Shown here in pieces: positions 29,846 to 40,061 of a stretch of DNA of 64,000 bases. The stretch comes from Prevotella sp. (GTDB lineage Bacteria > Bacteroidota > Bacteroidia > Bacteroidales > Bacteroidaceae), in the NCBI GenBank assembly GCA_045617365.1, contig JAZLIN010000014.1:5208-69207 (forward strand), written 5' to 3'. Below the pieces are notes generated by a model. The model had not been told where the DNA came from. It made no database searches and saw only the letters and a program-made list of their open reading frames with translations. Numbering within the stretch: the first letter of the stretch is position 1; every line of letters begins with the position of its first letter. Made by a program: the position numbers and the translations under genes.

Positions 29846-32800
29846 ATGGTGAGAGAATTTGCTTTTCACTCGTTATCGTGTATTTCCAAAGTCTGCGTAG
29901 TGTTGGCTATTCTGTTGTGTTCTGTGCGTTCCCACGCACAGATGGGTACATTGTTTGATTCCAATCAGCAGTTGAGCAGCAGTTTTGTTCATCAGGTATT
30001 CCAGGATAAGCTTGGCGTGATGTGGGTTCCTACGAATAACGGCCTTAACAGCTACGACGGTTATCGTTTCCGTAGATACTCCATAGCAGACGGTTTGCCG
30101 TCTGATAATATCAACTGTGTGGCACAGGATGCAAAGACAGGTGTCCTTTATATTGGTACCGTCAATGGTTTGACATATAGAACCGCCCAGCAGTTCAGCG
30201 AGGTTTATGATGATAACTTTGGTGTGCCTATCAGATGCTATATCATCTGCTTTGCCTATGCACCGGATGGAACTATATATGTCGGAACGTCTGGTGAGGG
30301 TCTTCTTCGTATCACTGCACCTGGTAAGGTGGAGCATATAGCTCCAAACATTCCCGATACGCGCTATAGCCGTAGTATATCCATCGACAGCAAGGGAGTG
30401 ATATGGGTCTCTACAGACAAGAAGGGCATCATAGCAATCAAGCGCGATAAGGGATTGGACTACAAAGAGGTAAAGCGTATCAATCTCAATCCTCTTGGTG
30501 GTTTTGCGCTGCTATGTCATGACCATCGTGACAATCTGTATATTGGTTACATGAATGGTGGTATCTACCGCAATGAGACGATGATTCCTGGTTCGCAGAA
30601 TGTCAGGGTCAATAACCTCACACGCAAGAAGGATGGCAATATATATGTAGGCACGGATGGTAATGGATTGAAACTGCTCAATACCAATACCTGCCTCATT
30701 GAGAACTCATATATATACAGCAACCAAGTGCGTATGGATCACACCAAGGTGTATGATGCCTATGAGGATCGCAACGGCAACCTTTGGCTTGCACTCTATC
30801 AAAAAGGTATATTTATGCAGCCATCGCCATCACCTTACTTTCACTATATCGGTAGTAAGCAGGGCGGTAACAGTCTCATTGGCGATGCCTGTATCATGAC
30901 AATATACAAGACCAGCAACGGACTGCTATGGGTGGCTACCGATTGTGACGGTCTCTATTGCATCAAGGACAACGTGCTCCTGCATCACTTTACAGACGGT
31001 CCTGATGGACAGGCTACCACCATCCTCACCATGATGGAGGATCGTGAGGGGCATCTCTGGGTAGGTACATATACCAAGGGCTTCGGATGGATAGACCAGC
31101 AGACAGGTGCATATCATCGAGATCCTCTGTCCATTGACAAGGCTAAGTCCGTCTTTGATCTGCGACAGGACTGCCTGGGACGTATCTGGGTAGGAACGCT
31201 CGGTGACGGTCTCTATTGCTATGAGCCTAAGACTGGCAAGTCGCAGCGTTATGGCAGTAGTGACGAGAATAAGAACTCCATCAGTAACAACTACATCCTT
31301 CAGATGGATATGTCGCCAGATGGCAAGACCATCTTCGTTGGTACAGCATCAGGTCTCTCGGCCGTTGATGTGATGAGTGGCAACTGTCTTAAGGTTATGG
31401 GTACCAATAAGATACTCTTCGGACAGCAGATTTATGCCATTAAATATACTCCGAAGAATGGTCTTTGGATAGGAACCGCAAAGGGTGCTTACCATTACAC
31501 ATCTGGTCACGGACTCCTCGTTGACCCTCAGACAGAAAAAGTCTATACTACTGAAGACGGTCTCCCTGGCATGCACGTTCTCTCTATTGAGGCAGACCGC
31601 CGTGGTGAGATGTGGATGAGTACCAACTTTGGTCTCTGTCACCTCAATGCCGGCAATAAGTCGTTTGACAGATTCTTTGCTTCCGACGGTCTTCAGGGCA
31701 ATGAGTACAATGAGGGTGCGTCATTCACCGATGCACAAGGCATAATGTACTTTGGTGGTATTTCTGGCCTGTCATATTTCAATCCTTTGGCCGTAAAGCC
31801 ACAGAATCGTCAGATGAAGGTCAACCTCATGCACATGCAGTTTGGCAATGAGCGAGTACGTGCCGGTATAGAGTCCGGCTACTACACCGTGTGTGATACA
31901 TTGATCAATGATGCCAAGCGTTTTGACTTCTATTATGATGACAACACCATCACCATGGATTTCTCTACGCTCATATATTCTGCCCATGAGCGTATCAGCT
32001 TTGCCTACAGCCTTAATGGAGGTAAGGACTGGGTCACTATGCCTCCCGGCAAGAATGAGCTCACACTTTCCAATATGCCTCCTGGCGACTACGACTTTCA
32101 GGTGGTAGCCATAGACAACGGTAAACGCTCCGAACCGAAGGAGTTCCTTATCGTCATACACAATGCATGGTACTTCACACCTTTGGCACGCCTGCTCTAT
32201 CTGCTTCTCATCTGTGCAGCGGTGATGTGGTATATCAATAATGTGAAGGTACGTAACCGTGAGCGTCTCCGTCTGAAGGAGAGTATGCATGCAGAGGAAC
32301 TCAATGAGCAGAAACTGCAGTCGTTTATCAATATCAGTCACGAGATACGTACACCTATGACTCTCATTGTGGCTCCTCTCCTGCAGTTGATGAAGGAAGA
32401 CGAGGATGCCCATCGACAGTCAGCATACCAGGTGATACGTCGTAATACAGAGCGCATCCTTCATCTCGTCAATCAGATTATGGATATTCGTAAGATTGAC
32501 AAGGGACAGATGGTGCTGCAGATGCAGCCTACCGAGATGTCTTCATTCGTACAGGATGTGCTGGAGACATTCAGTATGCAGGCTGTCAGCAAGTCCATTA
32601 CGCTGGATTTCGTAAAATGCGACGTTGAGGCATGGATAGACCGTGCGCAGATGGACAAGATACTCATGAATCTCCTCTCAAATGCCTTCAAATACACTCC
32701 GAAGGGTGGTGTGATACGTGTCACGCTGGCTAAGGATGAGGATGAAAAGAATCTTACACTCTCTGTATTTGACAATGGAGAGAAGATACCAGAGAGTGAC

Positions 32801-33931
32801 ATAGAGCATATCTTCCAGCGATTCTATCAGTCTAAGACCAGCACCAACCATCATTCTACTGGTACTGGCGTGGGACTGGATCTCACTCGCTCGCTTGTGC
32901 TCCTGCATCATGGTAACATTGAGGTGCGCAATGTAGAGGAAGGTGTGGAGTTCTTAGTCACCATGCCATTGGGTAAGGACCACCTCAGTGAGGAAGAGAT
33001 AGCTGAGTGGAACAATGCCGATGGTGCACCTGAGACACTCAAGCAGAATGACCCATTCTGTGCACTTGAGGATGAACTGTTGCATGCTGATACTGAGGAG
33101 CAGAACGATGAGGAAGAGTCTGGACCGCGTATAGTATCCAAGCGTCCTACCATAGTAGTGGTCGATGATGACGAAGAGATAAGACGTTATATCACCACCG
33201 AACTCACCACGACCTATCGTGTGCTCAGTTATAGCAATGGTGCTGATGCCTTGCCTGCAATCCTTCGTGAGATACCTCAGTTGGTTGTCTCTGATGTCAT
33301 GATGCCGCTGATGGATGGTAACACGCTTTGCGCTAAGATCAAGGCGAATGTCAATACCAACCATATCCCTGTCATATTGCTCACTGCAAAGACTCGTGAC
33401 GAGGATACCCTCGAGAGTCTGGAGACTGGTGCAGACCTCTATATGACGAAGCCATTCAATATGGATATCCTGCGCCGAAACATAGCCAATCTGCTCAGCA
33501 CACGCAAACTCATGCAGAATAAGTTTACGGGTAAGGAGGATCAGAGCAATCAGATTGATGCGGTAGAGATAGAGAGTGCTGACGAGAAACTCCTTGCTCG
33601 CATCATGGCGGTTATCAATGAGAACCTGGGCAACAGTGATCTCAACATCGACATGCTCTGTCGTGAGGTTGGCATCAGCCGTGTGCACCTGCATCGTAAG
33701 ATGAAGGAGATGACTAATCAGACACCACACGACTTCATCCGCAATCTCCGTATGAAGCAGGCTGCGCGTCTCCTGAAACGTAAGGGGCAGAGCATCACCG
33801 AGGTGCTTTACCACTGTGGTTTCAACAGTTCTACGTCATTCTCTACCATGTTCAAGAAAATGTACGGTATGTCGCCACGTGAATACCAGCGCCAGTTTGA
33901 GGAATCGTCAGACAATAAGTCCATCAGTTAA
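29846..33931 (+). CDS. Hybrid two-component system regulator (beta-propeller sensor, Y_Y_Y, HisKA, HATPase, REC, AraC HTH)
   Basis: Repeated D..G..W propeller blades, FINISHEIRTPMTL, GTGVGL, VVVDDDEEIR, DVMMPLMDG, GFNSSTSFSTMFKKMYGMSPREY. Start could be 29777. Confidence 0.95.
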   Translation: MVREFAFHSLSCISKVCVVLAILLCSVRSHAQMGTLFDSNQQLSSSFVHQVFQDKLGVMWVPTNNGLNSYDGYRFRRYSIADGLPSDNINCVAQDAKTGVLYIGTVNGLTYRTAQQFSEVYDDNFGVPIRCYIICFAYAPDGTIYVGTSGEGLLRITAPGKVEHIAPNIPDTRYSRSISIDSKGVIWVSTDKKGIIAIKRDKGLDYKEVKRINLNPLGGFALLCHDHRDNLYIGYMNGGIYRNETMIPGSQNVRVNNLTRKKDGNIYVGTDGNGLKLLNTNTCLIENSYIYSNQVRMDHTKVYDAYEDRNGNLWLALYQKGIFMQPSPSPYFHYIGSKQGGNSLIGDACIMTIYKTSNGLLWVATDCDGLYCIKDNVLLHHFTDGPDGQATTILTMMEDREGHLWVGTYTKGFGWIDQQTGAYHRDPLSIDKAKSVFDLRQDCLGRIWVGTLGDGLYCYEPKTGKSQRYGSSDENKNSISNNYILQMDMSPDGKTIFVGTASGLSAVDVMSGNCLKVMGTNKILFGQQIYAIKYTPKNGLWIGTAKGAYHYTSGHGLLVDPQTEKVYTTEDGLPGMHVLSIEADRRGEMWMSTNFGLCHLNAGNKSFDRFFASDGLQGNEYNEGASFTDAQGIMYFGGISGLSYFNPLAVKPQNRQMKVNLMHMQFGNERVRAGIESGYYTVCDTLINDAKRFDFYYDDNTITMDFSTLIYSAHERISFAYSLNGGKDWVTMPPGKNELTLSNMPPGDYDFQVVAIDNGKRSEPKEFLIVIHNAWYFTPLARLLYLLLICAAVMWYINNVKVRNRERLRLKESMHAEELNEQKLQSFINISHEIRTPMTLIVAPLLQLMKEDEDAHRQSAYQVIRRNTERILHLVNQIMDIRKIDKGQMVLQMQPTEMSSFVQDVLETFSMQAVSKSITLDFVKCDVEAWIDRAQMDKILMNLLSNAFKYTPKGGVIRVTLAKDEDEKNLTLSVFDNGEKIPESDIEHIFQRFYQSKTSTNHHSTGTGVGLDLTRSLVLLHHGNIEVRNVEEGVEFLVTMPLGKDHLSEEEIAEWNNADGAPETLKQNDPFCALEDELLHADTEEQNDEEESGPRIVSKRPTIVVVDDDEEIRRYITTELTTTYRVLSYSNGADALPAILREIPQLVVSDVMMPLMDGNTLCAKIKANVNTNHIPVILLTAKTRDEDTLESLETGADLYMTKPFNMDILRRNIANLLSTRKLMQNKFTGKEDQSNQIDAVEIESADEKLLARIMAVINENLGNSDLNIDMLCREVGISRVHLHRKMKEMTNQTPHDFIRNLRMKQAARLLKRKGQSITEVLYHCGFNSSTSFSTMFKKMYGMSPREYQRQFEESSDNKSIS

Positions 33932-34155
33932 GTAGGGTGTCCAGTTTGTTGTTTTTTTTTCGGTCAAGAATTAGAGAATTATAGACGGGTTGATGAGCTG
34001 TCGAATAATTGTCTGGCGCACCACGTTTTGAATTAATGAGAAATTTTAGAATTCTTAGCGCAATGCGACGCTTTTCTCTGTTTCTTAAAAATTCAATATA
34101 GAGATTACGTTCTCTAATTCTTGACAGAAAAAAGAACTTAGAACTGGACACCCTC
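33931..34155. mobile_element. MITE-like/IS remnant with 13-bp terminal inverted repeats
   Basis: AGGGTGTCCAGTT (33934-33946) / AACTGGACACCCT (34142-34154); AT-rich interior; TCAGTTA on both outer flanks (33924-33930, 34156-34162). Confidence 0.55.
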
Positions 34156-34578
34156 TCAGTTAGTGATGATAAAGTAAAAGCGTACCAAGTTATCAAAAAA
34201 TTTTGTACCAAGTTATTTTTTATCATCACTTAAGTATTGACAATACTGTATATTGCTAAGTGCCATAGATATTATGGAATGGCTCTGCTGTATATTATGA
34301 CTGATACTGTTCCCTTGTAAAGTGGCGAAGTTTCACCTGCGTGCGTAATATATTCTCTTATAGCCGGTAAAAGGGTGACAGTTTAAACATATAGTGTCAC
34401 CAGAGTGTTGTGGAAGTGTCACCTGTATCATTCCTGCATGGACGGTGACGCATGTACCGACACTTTTCTGATGAAGTGTTACCGCACCAGACAGCGTAAA
34501 TACAATACCTTTTGCCCTGTAGGTGTCACTTCGTCACTTTTTATGCAAACATTTGTGACATGAAACCTCCAGAAAGGC

Positions 34579-34653
34579 AAAGTGCCCTTTTTACAAAGTT
34601 AAAGTGCCCCTTTAACACTGCTAAAGGAGCCCTTTAACACTGCAAAAGGGGCC
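34579..34653. repeat. 22-bp degenerate tandem repeat (~3.4 copies)
   Basis: aaagtgccctttttacaaagtt / aaagtgcccctttaacactgct / aaaggagccctttaacactgca / aaaggggcc. Confidence 0.85.
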
Positions 34654-34734
34654 ATGTAGGGCAGACGCATGATCTGAATGAGGATGAACTTCTGTTCAAG
34701 GACTCTACCGATAACCGAAAGCGAACAAACATTT

Positions 34735-34776
34735 TGCGCGAGCAACTTTTCTGATAACAGAATTGTTGCTCGCGCA
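34735..34776. terminator. Strong hairpin in the convergent HTCS/GH10 gap
   Basis: TGCGCGAGCAAC / GTTGCTCGCGCA 12-bp perfect arms plus inner TTCTG/CAGAA; no clear U tract. Confidence 0.45.
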
Positions 34777-34858
34777 TATTTATTTCTTTGGTTTCGGTGC
34801 TTTCTATAGACAATCCCCCTTCGCGCACATTTCGTTGTAAATTAGGAAGGGAGAGGGC

Positions 34859-37800
34859 TTATCTCTGCATTACTTTCTTGCCGTCAGGACAGATGATGAT
34901 GCCGCGGTATGAGGCATTGACCTTTTGTCCGATGAGGTTGACAGGTAATGCAGAAGCGTTGGCGGAGACGTCTGTCACACCTTGTATGGATGTCGCTGCT
35001 TCTGTAGCCTTGCGCAGTTCGGCATGGATAGCGTAGTAGGCTGGCTTGGCATCGCAGTTAGAGTCATAGAGGAGAGGCTTGTTCTGACGCCATGAATTAT
35101 TGTCGCTGATACCCCAGATGAGCATGGTAGGGCAGTTGGCATTGCGCAACCAGATGCGCGCGATGGCAGCATACTCCTTAGCCTGGCGGTCAAGACACTC
35201 TGCGGAAGAAGGATCAGCGAGAGCAATGTCCAGTTCGGTGATGATACAGTCCATACCGATGGCAGCATAACGCTGTATGTTCTTCTCCAGTCTGAGTGTG
35301 TCCAGCTGTCCGGTGGTGATGTGAGTCTGGAGACCGCAACCGTCAACAGGTATGCCAGATGCCTTGAGGCGGGTGATGAGATTATAGTAAGCCTCTGTCT
35401 TGGTGCGTCCCTGGAACTCAACGCCGTAGTCATTGATGAAGAGGCGAGCGTTAGGATCAGCACGATGTGCCCATACGAATGCAGAGTCGATGAAATCCTC
35501 GCCGATGTATGTGCTCCAGATAGAAGGGCGCAGCTTGTATGCCTTAGGATTGCTGCGTACGATGCTCTGGTCATCATCGAGCACTTCGTTGACAACATCC
35601 CATTCGCGAATCTTTCCCTTGTACTTGCCCACGAGTTTGTTGATATGGTTGTGGAGAATGTCAAGGAGCTGCTGGCGAGTGTAGCCGTTGTTATTCTTCT
35701 TGCCATCGCTGCTGACCCACTGAGGTACCTGTGAGTGCCATGCCAGGGTATGGCCGCGTACCTCCTGATGCTGGCGGTCTGCCAGCCACATGATGGCATC
35801 GGAACCGCCGTAGCTGAATGTGTTCTGGGATGGTTCGGTAGCATCAAACTTCATCTCGTTCTCACCCACGATGAGATTGAACTCACGTCCTACGAGTCTA
35901 GTCTCGCGCGCATTGTCGTTGGAGAGGTCATAGCGGTAAGAGGCTGCTGCCACACCGATGCTCTTATTGAGTTTGGAGGCGTATGTGCGCAGAGGGGTGG
36001 CACTGGTCTTGTCATTCTCCCAGTCAGAATCAGGATATATGGTGTCGGCATTGCCCTGCATCTCCTCGTCGTCACCCTCTACATAGTCAGGGTTGTCATC
36101 GAGTGATGTCACCCTTGCCACGATGGCAATCGTACCGTCAGCGAACTGTCGCTGCTCTGTGAGCCATGTGCACTGCTTAGGATATTTGATGCGCAGGTTG
36201 CCCATGAGGTCAGATCCCGAACCCACGTGAAGGAGGGTAATCTCATCGTTGATAGCGAGTTGAGCGTCGTCATCCAGAGTAACCTTCAGGAGAGGATGCT
36301 TGTCGGAATCCTCAAAGTCCTGTGTCCTGTTGCTGAACTCCAGTTTTCCGCTGACAAAGACAGAGTCGTGGCTTGTGGCATCGTTTATGCTAAGCGTGAT
36401 GATAGCCTCAGGGTGCAGTGTGACGTTAGTCTTGGCGGTGGCAGATGTGTAGTCCGCAAACTGTAGCTTGCCGCTTAATTTGCCGTAAACCTCAGTCTTG
36501 GCAGACACATTGCCGTTGCCAGTAAGTGTGGCCCCCTGATATACTACGACGCTGCCCTGATTGCCAGTGGCACCGGAGAGGCGCTGGCTCTTTGACTTGC
36601 TGATGTCATTGGCAATGATCAGTGAACCCTGCCGCACCTGTATGCCCGAACCAATGACGTTGGTGTTGCCGGAGATAGTATATGTACCGGTTCCTTCCTT
36701 GATGATGCCTACGGTATTGCCACTATTGGCAGCATATATCCTGCCGGCAAGCAGGGCATCGGTATTGAGGCAGCCGACGATGAGGTATGAATTGGCTGTC
36801 GAAGCCTTGTAGTAACCTATGATCTCCGAACCCTCGGCAGTGTTCAGTTCGCCGATGCGAGCACCGCGGGTGCCTGACTCCATACTGAGCGTCGCACCCT
36901 CATGGAGTGTAACGTGCGCAGAAGAGAAGAGACGGTTGTAGTTGGAACCATCAATATTGTCAGGTGAGAAGGTACCACTGTTGATGATGAGACCATAGAA
37001 TCCGCACGAACCGATGACCGCTTTGTAAGGATATACATTGACATGACCTGTCATACCAGTCCAGTCAGGATATGTGGCACCTTTGCTGGCCTTGGTGCCT
37101 ATGTATGTTCGTTCGCCGCCGGCATAGATGTTCAGTGTGCCGGGACCAGCCACATTGCCTGTCCACTCAGAGTAACGCGAGGTGCGCACAGAGGCAGTGA
37201 CGCCTTCTGGCAGATAGAGTGGGGTAGAGATGGTGGCATACGACTTATCGGTATTGGCAGAACATTGGTCTATGAGTTGTCCGTCGGTGACTGTGGTGTA
37301 GTCATCGTATGCACCTATGAGCTCGATGTTGTCAATGTAGTAGTCTGAGTTGTTGTGGTGTATGCCGAGGTGAAGCTTGTCAGACGTGTTGTCATCGCTG
37401 TTGGCAGCGAGAGCATACTGTCGTGTCTGCCATTTCGCCTTGTCACCCTGATGAGGATAACCCTCATCGCGGTACAGTTCCTTGCCTCCGATGAAAACAG
37501 CCATCTGTTTCCAGTCATCAGTCTCGCTGGAAGAACGGTATATCTGGAAGCGAACATTAGGGTAGCGATCGGTGAGAGCCTTGCCTGTCAGGGTGGTAGG
37601 CAGTGAGAACTCCGGGTGGCATCCCCAGTCTTTCAGTTTGATGTGCAGCACCTTGTTGTTGTTGTTGGCAGGGTCACGCTCCACGATAGCCGTTGATGTG
37701 AACGCGATGCCGTTAGACTGCCATAGTGTCCATGTGGTGCCCAGTGGATAGTCCTCAAAGTCGCAGACCTTGAGCGGTGCTGCGCTGGCAGGGCTCCATG

Positions 37801-37873
37801 ATGACAGCGCGATGGACATGGCTGCGATGGCAGACATGAGATAGCGCTTTCGTGATGTCTTTGTTTTTTTCAT
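34859..37873 (-). CDS. Modular secreted GH10 endo-xylanase (N-terminal CBM-like module, beta-helix-like region, GH10, T9SS-type tail)
   Basis: GENEMKFDATEP, RGHTLAWHSQ, WDVVNE (acid/base), INDY, GLQTH, ITELDI (nucleophile); IKEGTGTYTISG repeat-like segment; C-terminal NLIGQKV...GIIICPDGKKVMQR. Confidence 0.9.
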   Translation of the reverse strand: MKKTKTSRKRYLMSAIAAMSIALSSWSPASAAPLKVCDFEDYPLGTTWTLWQSNGIAFTSTAIVERDPANNNNKVLHIKLKDWGCHPEFSLPTTLTGKALTDRYPNVRFQIYRSSSETDDWKQMAVFIGGKELYRDEGYPHQGDKAKWQTRQYALAANSDDNTSDKLHLGIHHNNSDYYIDNIELIGAYDDYTTVTDGQLIDQCSANTDKSYATISTPLYLPEGVTASVRTSRYSEWTGNVAGPGTLNIYAGGERTYIGTKASKGATYPDWTGMTGHVNVYPYKAVIGSCGFYGLIINSGTFSPDNIDGSNYNRLFSSAHVTLHEGATLSMESGTRGARIGELNTAEGSEIIGYYKASTANSYLIVGCLNTDALLAGRIYAANSGNTVGIIKEGTGTYTISGNTNVIGSGIQVRQGSLIIANDISKSKSQRLSGATGNQGSVVVYQGATLTGNGNVSAKTEVYGKLSGKLQFADYTSATAKTNVTLHPEAIITLSINDATSHDSVFVSGKLEFSNRTQDFEDSDKHPLLKVTLDDDAQLAINDEITLLHVGSGSDLMGNLRIKYPKQCTWLTEQRQFADGTIAIVARVTSLDDNPDYVEGDDEEMQGNADTIYPDSDWENDKTSATPLRTYASKLNKSIGVAAASYRYDLSNDNARETRLVGREFNLIVGENEMKFDATEPSQNTFSYGGSDAIMWLADRQHQEVRGHTLAWHSQVPQWVSSDGKKNNNGYTRQQLLDILHNHINKLVGKYKGKIREWDVVNEVLDDDQSIVRSNPKAYKLRPSIWSTYIGEDFIDSAFVWAHRADPNARLFINDYGVEFQGRTKTEAYYNLITRLKASGIPVDGCGLQTHITTGQLDTLRLEKNIQRYAAIGMDCIITELDIALADPSSAECLDRQAKEYAAIARIWLRNANCPTMLIWGISDNNSWRQNKPLLYDSNCDAKPAYYAIHAELRKATEAATSIQGVTDVSANASALPVNLIGQKVNASYRGIIICPDGKKVMQR

Positions 37874-37880
37874 ATTATAG

Positions 37881-39062
37881 TTATTTGAAGACCTTCTTTC
37901 CTTTGTGGATTATGATGCCAGGGGCAGAAGGATAGATACGTTGTCCGAGGGCATTGTAAGTGCTGTTGGCATAGTCCTCCTCGTCCTCTGTGATGGTGTA
38001 GATGCCGGTGGTATTGGTGACGGTGATATTGATGCGCGCAATAGCCTTGGTACCTTTCTCATCAGTTATTCTGACCATGTAGGTGTGTTTGCCTAGTCGA
38101 GGGTTGTCAAAAGAGAAAGAGTAAGGAGGAGCAGTTATGGCACCCTTCAGCACGTTGTTGTCAAAGAATTCTATGTTGGTGATAGCTCCATTAGGACTCT
38201 TTGCATTGACCTTGAGGGTAAGCGAAGGATACTCTGGAGTGATGTCAAAGGTATCGCCTTCCTTGTAATTGATGAAGGAAACGGTAGGAGCATTGAGTGA
38301 GTAGCTCTTGCAGAACTTCCATATCTCGTCGCCGGTGAGCAGTCCGTCATTGGAGATGAAGTGTCCCTTGCCGGCTAACTCCATGAGAACAACACGTGTG
38401 CCAGAGAGACCGTTGTTCCACTCATGGCGTGTCACGTGGTTATATCCACGGTATGCCTTGATGACCTTGGCAGTCTTGTCACATTTGTTGCGGTCTATCC
38501 ATCCGTTGAGATTTGACTGTACGTTATTGAAAGATACGACATCATCCGACGTGCCATGTGTGTGGATGATAGGGATAGGACGCGAACTGGTGAATGTACC
38601 TCCATACATAGGATAACCGCTGATAGGAGCGAAGGCGGCAATCTTATCCGCCATCTTGTTCATGGCAAAGTATGTGAACATGCCGCCCATGGAGAATCCC
38701 GAGAGATATACCTTGTTGCGGTCAATGCTGTAGTCGGTCACCATCTTGTCGATGAGAGCCTTGACGAAGTTGAGGTCCTTGTCGCCGGAGAGGTCCCATC
38801 CCTTGTTGATGCCGTTAGGGAAGACCGTTACGAACTTGGCCGTGTCAGCGACGGTCTCAATCTTGAGCATACCTTTCTGGTATGCGGCATCCTGATTCAT
38901 ACCGTGGCAGGAGATGAGCAGAGGTCTGTTGGTACCAAGATTCTTTGGCACATACTCCAGATAGTTGCGTTGCACTCCGTCAACGGTGATGTATTTCTGT
39001 GCTTTGGCTGTATAGCATAGGCATACAGCCAGGGTGATGATAGTGAGTAAATATCTTTTCAT
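37881..39062 (-). CDS. CE1/PHB-depolymerase-like esterase with Ig-like domain and T9SS-type tail
   Basis: LLISCHG, YLSGFSMGG (GxSxG), IHTHGTSDDVV; C-terminal TGI...YNALGQRI...GIIIHKGKKVFK. Confidence 0.85.
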   Translation of the reverse strand: MKRYLLTIITLAVCLCYTAKAQKYITVDGVQRNYLEYVPKNLGTNRPLLISCHGMNQDAAYQKGMLKIETVADTAKFVTVFPNGINKGWDLSGDKDLNFVKALIDKMVTDYSIDRNKVYLSGFSMGGMFTYFAMNKMADKIAAFAPISGYPMYGGTFTSSRPIPIIHTHGTSDDVVSFNNVQSNLNGWIDRNKCDKTAKVIKAYRGYNHVTRHEWNNGLSGTRVVLMELAGKGHFISNDGLLTGDEIWKFCKSYSLNAPTVSFINYKEGDTFDITPEYPSLTLKVNAKSPNGAITNIEFFDNNVLKGAITAPPYSFSFDNPRLGKHTYMVRITDEKGTKAIARINITVTNTTGIYTITEDEEDYANSTYNALGQRIYPSAPGIIIHKGKKVFK

Positions 39063-39077
39063 TAGTAGGTGTCAAAA

Positions 39078-40031
39078 TTATTTCTTGCTGTTATTGAAAT
39101 GCCTTACCATGGTGGCGAGGTTTTCGTCAGTGTACATGTTAAAGCCGTGACCGCCTTCCGCCTGGAAGTGGTGACCGCGACCCTTGACATGACATGCCTT
39201 GAGGAAATTCCAGAAAGTCAGTCCCTGGCACTGCGGTACGACGTTGTCCTTGTAACCATGGAATACGAAGATAGGCACCGTAGTCTCGTTGACATAATAG
39301 GCAGGCGAGAGGAGTTCGTAGGCATCCTCGTGTCCAGGGTATGAGAACCCCATCAGCATATCTTCCGGTGCAGGTGACTGTTTCTTTATACCGTCACAGT
39401 CCATGGCCATGAGGTCGATAGGTCCAGACCATTCGCAGCATGCGAAGACCTCGCTCTTCTCCTTGGTGTAACGTCCTATGCTACCCTCTATGTCCATCTC
39501 GGTATTGCCGCAACGGGCTTTCTTCACGCCATTGGTCGTAGCGCATAGTGAGGCCAGGTGAGCGCCGCTGGAGAAACCGGAGGTTCCGACGTATCGCTTG
39601 TCGAAACCATACTTCTTGGCATTGCCGCGTACCCAGCGTACCACAGCCTTGATGTCATTGATCTGTGCAGGGTACTTGGCATCCATGCTGCTGCGGTGAT
39701 TAGGACATACCACGGCATATCCGGCATCGAGGAGAGCGCGGCAGATGGTGTTGATGTCAGCAGCGCCCTTGCTGTTGTTGCTGAACCATGCACTACCGTA
39801 GATATGCACGATGACAGGATAGCCAGCAGCAGGGCGCTCAGTCTTTGGCAGATAGACGTCCAGCGTGTGATATGCCTGACCGTCATCTGCATAGTTGATG
39901 TCTGTGAATTTCTCTGAATACTGTGCCTGCTGGTCACTTTGCTGATTGCCGCCGAAACCGAAATTCTGTGCGAGTGCTTGTCCTGCTGTCATGACAAGCA
40001 GAGCAAGTGAAAGGAAGAGTGTTTTTTTCAT
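39078..40031 (-). CDS. Alpha/beta hydrolase, BD-FAE-like acetyl/feruloyl esterase
   Basis: TLDVYLPK, VIVHIYGSAW, YPAQINDIKAVVRWVR, GFSSGAHLA, FVFHGYKDNVVP, GGHG. Confidence 0.85.
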   Translation of the reverse strand: MKKTLFLSLALLVMTAGQALAQNFGFGGNQQSDQQAQYSEKFTDINYADDGQAYHTLDVYLPKTERPAAGYPVIVHIYGSAWFSNNSKGAADINTICRALLDAGYAVVCPNHRSSMDAKYPAQINDIKAVVRWVRGNAKKYGFDKRYVGTSGFSSGAHLASLCATTNGVKKARCGNTEMDIEGSIGRYTKEKSEVFACCEWSGPIDLMAMDCDGIKKQSPAPEDMLMGFSYPGHEDAYELLSPAYYVNETTVPIFVFHGYKDNVVPQCQGLTFWNFLKACHVKGRGHHFQAEGGHGFNMYTDENLATMVRHFNNSKK

Positions 40032-40061
40032 GATTTTGTTTTAAAAAATTGCTTGTTAAAA

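Noticed and set aside
33924-34229. 101-aa minus-strand ORF over the MITE-like element as a transposase fragment
   Set aside because: No DDE or HTH motif recognisable; it extends beyond the inverted repeats.
34579-34653. 22-bp array as a CRISPR array
   Set aside because: Contiguous degenerate units without unique spacers.
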